Part shown: piece after piece, positions 60,183 to 64,000 of the stretch | Position numbering within the stretch: the first letter of the stretch is position 1 | Layout: every line of letters starts with the position of its first letter | Assembly: GCA_047285535.1 (NCBI GenBank) | Contig: JBJBDC010000001.1 | Location: 2,432,136 to 2,496,135 of the forward strand | Origin: Synechococcus sp. | GTDB lineage: Bacteria > Cyanobacteriota > Cyanobacteriia > PCC-6307 > Cyanobiaceae | DNA: 64,000 nt | Direction of reading: 5' to 3' | Program-made: the position numbers and the translations under genes | Notes under the pieces: model-generated | The model's database searches: none | Told to the model about the DNA's origin: nothing | Seen by the model: the letters and a program-made list of their open reading frames with translations, nothing else

Positions 60183-62039
60183 GTGGGAGAGATGGGCAAA
60201 CCAGTTCAGATTTTGAGAAGCAAGACATGGTCCGAATTGCGGGAATTATTTGCTGAATTGCCACCTCAGCGCATTTGGTTCTTTTGTTTCGTTTTATTGG
60301 TATCACTACTCCAGGGCTTGTTTGACATGCTTCTGGTCGGATTGCTTGCCCGTTTTGTTGGGGTGCTGACTGGGGCAAAGCTTGGGGATCAGGTCCCTGG
60401 GATCTGGTTTTTCGGAGGTCGATTTCTCGACCAAGCTGCCTGGATTGTGGCTCTGCTGATTGTTGCTTACTGGTTTGCTTCTGGTTTGCGTTTTGCATCT
60501 GCTTATTTGCAAAGCGTTTTGGCTGCAGATATTTGGAGTGATTTAGTTAATAAAGTCTACTCCAATTTGATGATGCAGCGCTATGAGTTCTTTACGCAAA
60601 AGCGGACGGCGGTGCTTTCCGAGCGCTTTAATCGTGTGCTTGGTAGAATGTCAACCACGGTTCTTTCGCCGTTGATTGTTATTGTTGGAAATGGCGTAAC
60701 TGTTGCAGTATTACTAATAGGCGTGGCCATTGTTCTTGGCTTGAAAGCTTGGATGGTCTTCGCCCTCATGCTGTGTTGCTATTTAGTGACATCGCTGCTC
60801 ATTGTTCCTTATCTAAGACTTGCATCCAAGCAAAGGGTGCGTTTTTCGCGGCGAATTAATTTGATTTTTTCCGAGTCAATTCGATCCATCCGTGATGTTC
60901 AGCTTTATTCTTCTCATCGTTATTTTATTGATCAATTCTCTAGAGATGGAATCGTTGCTAAGCGGTATGAGAGGTTGTCAAGATTGCTTCCAGATGTCCC
61001 TCGGTTCGTAATTGAGCCGATGGCAATAACGATTCTTTTTTTGGTGGGATTGGTGCCTTCTTTGGTGGTAGGTAATGGACAGGCGTTGAGAGATGCTTTG
61101 CCTGAACTCGCCACCATGTTGGTAGTGCTTTTACGTATGTCTGCCCCACTTCAAAATGTGACCCGAGATCTCAACAAACTGAGGGGGGCCTTGCCGGAAA
61201 TTCAGGATGCAATGGAGTTGTTGCGAATGAAAGGACACAGAATGTTGTTGGGCTCTCCAGGTGTTCCTTCAGCTGAAGGTGTCATGCCACGAGGATTGAT
61301 CGAGTTGCGAAATGTTGGGTTTAGTTATGAAAACTCTTCAGTTGAAGTTGTTTCGGGGATTGATCTTGCAATTCCAATTGGATCTCGAATTGCTTTGGTC
61401 GGTAAAACTGGCAGTGGTAAATCAACCTTGGCTCATTTACTTCTTGGCTTGTTGGAACCAACTGATGGTGAGTTGTTACTCGACGGTGTACCTGTCACGG
61501 ATGAAGAAATTCCAGCTTGGCAGGCTAATTGTGCATTTGTGCCCCAAGACATTCGTCTGCTGGATGCAAGTGTAAGGGAGAATGTTGCATTTTGTCAGGA
61601 TCCTGAATTGATTGACGATGATGAGGTTTGGTCCGCGCTCAATGCAGCCCAATTTGACGAATTTGTTGCCCAAATGTCGTATGGTTTGTATACAATTTGT
61701 GGGGAAAATGGCGTCCTTCTTTCTGGTGGACAACGCCAGCGATTGTCCTTGGCAAGAGCTTTTTATCGGAGAGCTAAATTATTAGTCCTTGATGAGGCGA
61801 CAAGTGCTCTTGATAATAAAACCGAATATGATGTCATGAATGCTCTTGATTTGGTGGGAAGGCGTTGCACGATTGTTGTGATCGCTCACCGAATGTCAAC
61901 TGTTCGGAAGTGTGATCGAATTTATGAACTTGATGGCGGCAGAATAAAGTCAGAAGGTGATTTTCGAACTTTGCTCGAGTCTTCGTCAAGTTTCCGTGAG
62001 ATGACATTGCTGGATGAGAGCGGCTTAAGCAATGGCTGA
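60183..62039 (+). CDS. ABC exporter, fused permease/ATPase (polysaccharide/lipid flippase-like)
   Basis: TM domain plus GKTGSGKS, LSGGQRQR and LDEATSALD. Confidence 0.95.
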   Translation: MGEMGKPVQILRSKTWSELRELFAELPPQRIWFFCFVLLVSLLQGLFDMLLVGLLARFVGVLTGAKLGDQVPGIWFFGGRFLDQAAWIVALLIVAYWFASGLRFASAYLQSVLAADIWSDLVNKVYSNLMMQRYEFFTQKRTAVLSERFNRVLGRMSTTVLSPLIVIVGNGVTVAVLLIGVAIVLGLKAWMVFALMLCCYLVTSLLIVPYLRLASKQRVRFSRRINLIFSESIRSIRDVQLYSSHRYFIDQFSRDGIVAKRYERLSRLLPDVPRFVIEPMAITILFLVGLVPSLVVGNGQALRDALPELATMLVVLLRMSAPLQNVTRDLNKLRGALPEIQDAMELLRMKGHRMLLGSPGVPSAEGVMPRGLIELRNVGFSYENSSVEVVSGIDLAIPIGSRIALVGKTGSGKSTLAHLLLGLLEPTDGELLLDGVPVTDEEIPAWQANCAFVPQDIRLLDASVRENVAFCQDPELIDDDEVWSALNAAQFDEFVAQMSYGLYTICGENGVLLSGGQRQRLSLARAFYRRAKLLVLDEATSALDNKTEYDVMNALDLVGRRCTIVVIAHRMSTVRKCDRIYELDGGRIKSEGDFRTLLESSSSFREMTLLDESGLSNG

Positions 62040-63198
62040 TGTGTTGATTCTTTCTACAGCTGATTGGGATCATCCTTTATGGACTAACAAGCAGCATTTA
62101 GCTATTTCTTTAAGGGATCTTGGTCATCGTATTGTCTATGTGGAGTCTCTTGGCCTAAGACCGCCACGTTTGCAGGCTGGTCGCGACATCCGTAGGATTT
62201 GGCGACGACTCCGCCGAGTTTTCAACCCTCTCCAGCAACGCTCCCCGGGTATCTGGGTGTTGTCCCCACCAGTGCTGCCTGGGGTTATTTCTGGTTGGGG
62301 GCTCAAATTCAATTCTGTTGTCTTGGGCTTGTGTTTGTCCTTGGTACGCTGGCGATTAGGTTGTCAAGAGCTTTTGTTGTGGAGTTTTAATCCACTTACT
62401 TCTCTTTATTTAGATTTAAAAGCTTTTTCTCAGACGGTTTATCACTGTGTGGATCGTCTTCAGGCCCAGCCAGGGATGCCAGTTTCACTTCTTGATTCTG
62501 CAGAAAAAGAGCTTTGTCAATTAGTAAATGTGGTTTTTACTACTGCCCCTTGCTTGCAGGAGAGGCTTGCTCCTTGGAATCCTGCGACTTACTTTTTTGG
62601 CAATGTTGCAGATGTCGATCATTTTTCATCCGCGCATCTCTGTGCCAGTGTACGCCCGGCCGATCTTCCAGATACGCAAGGTCCTTTGTTGATTTTTATC
62701 GGTGCGATTGATGCCTACAAACTTGAGCTGGAGCAGTTGTATAAGCTGATCCAGCGCACTCCAGGATGGACGTATGTCTTTATTGGTCCAGTGGGAGAAA
62801 GCGATCCTTCCACAAATGTTGAACCACTGAATCGATTAGCAAACTTTCATCTACTTGGAACGCGAGCTTATCGAGACTTGCCTGCCTATCTGGCTTATGC
62901 GGATGTGGCGTTATTGCCATTGCGTATTAATGATTACACACGGCATATGTACCCAATGAAATTTTTCGAATACTTAGCTTCAGGTTGTCCTGTTGTTGGG
63001 ACTGCTATACCGTCGCTGATTGATCAAGCAGATGTAGCGAATCTGTGCGATCCCACCGCAGATGAGTTTGAAACAGCAATCTCTAAAGTTCTCAAGGGAG
63101 ATGGTCCACCACTTGAGAGGCGTTTGGAACGCGCCGAACAAAACACTTATCAACGTCGTAGTGCGGCGATGCTTGATTGTCTTCCTAGGCCTTTGTAA
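62032..63198 (+). CDS. Glycosyltransferase (GT4, TuaH-like)
   Basis: DW..W..KQH, YHCVD and PMKFFEYLASGCPVV motifs. Confidence 0.9.
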   Translation: MADVLILSTADWDHPLWTNKQHLAISLRDLGHRIVYVESLGLRPPRLQAGRDIRRIWRRLRRVFNPLQQRSPGIWVLSPPVLPGVISGWGLKFNSVVLGLCLSLVRWRLGCQELLLWSFNPLTSLYLDLKAFSQTVYHCVDRLQAQPGMPVSLLDSAEKELCQLVNVVFTTAPCLQERLAPWNPATYFFGNVADVDHFSSAHLCASVRPADLPDTQGPLLIFIGAIDAYKLELEQLYKLIQRTPGWTYVFIGPVGESDPSTNVEPLNRLANFHLLGTRAYRDLPAYLAYADVALLPLRINDYTRHMYPMKFFEYLASGCPVVGTAIPSLIDQADVANLCDPTADEFETAISKVLKGDGPPLERRLERAEQNTYQRRSAAMLDCLPRPL

Positions 63199-64000
63199 TG
63201 AGGCGTGTAGCTTTCTACATTGACTCTTTGAAGTTAGGTGGTGCAGAACGGGTCACCCTGCAATGGTCTTCATGGTGTCAGCAGGCTGGCTGGGATGTAG
63301 TACTACTCACTCGAAAGCCTCCAAGTTGGGATTTTTATCCTTTGCCACCTGGTGTTCGACGGGAGGTGGAACCTCCAGATAAGGCCTGGGTCAGATGTCT
63401 CGGGCCGCTTGGTTTCCCCTTTCGAGTAAAGGCCCTACACCATTGGTTGAAGCATGAGCAAGTGAGTCTTGCGATTGGTGTGACTTCGCTCCCTGCCATC
63501 AAGTTGCTCTTCGCGGCCCGCGCTCTTGGCCTGCCTTGTGTCGTCTCAGAGCGTAATTTTCCCCCTTTGAAACGAATTGGTCGGGTTTGGAGTGTTCTCA
63601 GACGGATCAGCTATCCGTGGGCTGCATTGCATTTAGTCCAGACCGATAAAGTGGGTTCTTGGATGGCTCTCAATCTCGGTGCACGTCGTCAGCTTTTGTT
63701 GCCCAATTCTGTGCAATGGCCTCTGCAGAACTTTGACCCTAGGGTCAATCCGCAGAGATGGCTTGATGAGTCAGGGGCGCGACCATTAGATCCTGTCATT
63801 CTCGCCGTCGGAACGAAGGCAGAACAGAAGGGTTTTGACCGTCTGGTGCGGTGGTGGATTCCATTGGCCTTTCGCCACCCATCGCTGCATTTGGTGATTC
63901 TCGGTTTGGATGCGCTGCCTTATCACGGTCGTGATCAGCAGTCTGACTTAAGGGATCTTTTGAAGGCATATCCTGAATTGACTTCTCGATTGCATTTCCC
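63198..64000 (+). CDS. Glycosyltransferase family 4, truncated by the window end
   Basis: Hand translation MRRVAFYIDSLKLGGAERV...VVSERN...QKGFDRL; TAATG overlap with the previous gene. Confidence 0.85.
   Translation, partial: MRRVAFYIDSLKLGGAERVTLQWSSWCQQAGWDVVLLTRKPPSWDFYPLPPGVRREVEPPDKAWVRCLGPLGFPFRVKALHHWLKHEQVSLAIGVTSLPAIKLLFAARALGLPCVVSERNFPPLKRIGRVWSVLRRISYPWAALHLVQTDKVGSWMALNLGARRQLLLPNSVQWPLQNFDPRVNPQRWLDESGARPLDPVILAVGTKAEQKGFDRLVRWWIPLAFRHPSLHLVILGLDALPYHGRDQQSDLRDLLKAYPELTSRLHF

Overview
The window looks like a marine Synechococcus (picocyanobacterial) chromosome segment; this is inferred from gene content and order (ndhS, rimM, rnc, rnpB, tRNA-Arg, hli, glgP, nhaS3, glcE/F, icd, ho1). 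From left to right: (1) about 1-5.7 kb is an AT-rich accessory patch with a glycosyltransferase and three decayed toxin-antitoxin pairs. (2) 5.8-14.2 kb is a core block in which the whole rnc gene is duplicated as an identical 778-bp direct repeat around an AT-rich metallo-beta-lactamase-fold gene, followed by rnpB and tRNA-Arg(CCT). (3) About 14.2-38.5 kb is a genomic island. It holds a tightly coupled four-gene operon with a ZorA/ZorB-like (MotA/MotB-type) pair and two unknown partner genes in place of known Zorya effectors, bracketed by a duplicated small gene. It also holds an NblA-like gene, a pseudo-receiver LuxR regulator, a 2006-aa repeat-rich surface protein, a ZIP transporter, hli genes, a His/Gly-repeat protein and mscL. 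(4) 39-53.5 kb is core metabolism. (5) 53.5-64 kb has a GT2/GT-C/GtrA-YdjC surface-modification cassette, heme oxygenase and the start of a polysaccharide glycosyltransferase operon. The strongest candidate for an undescribed system is the atypical ZorAB-like operon at 16691-20666. All calls come from motif recognition by eye; no searches were run.
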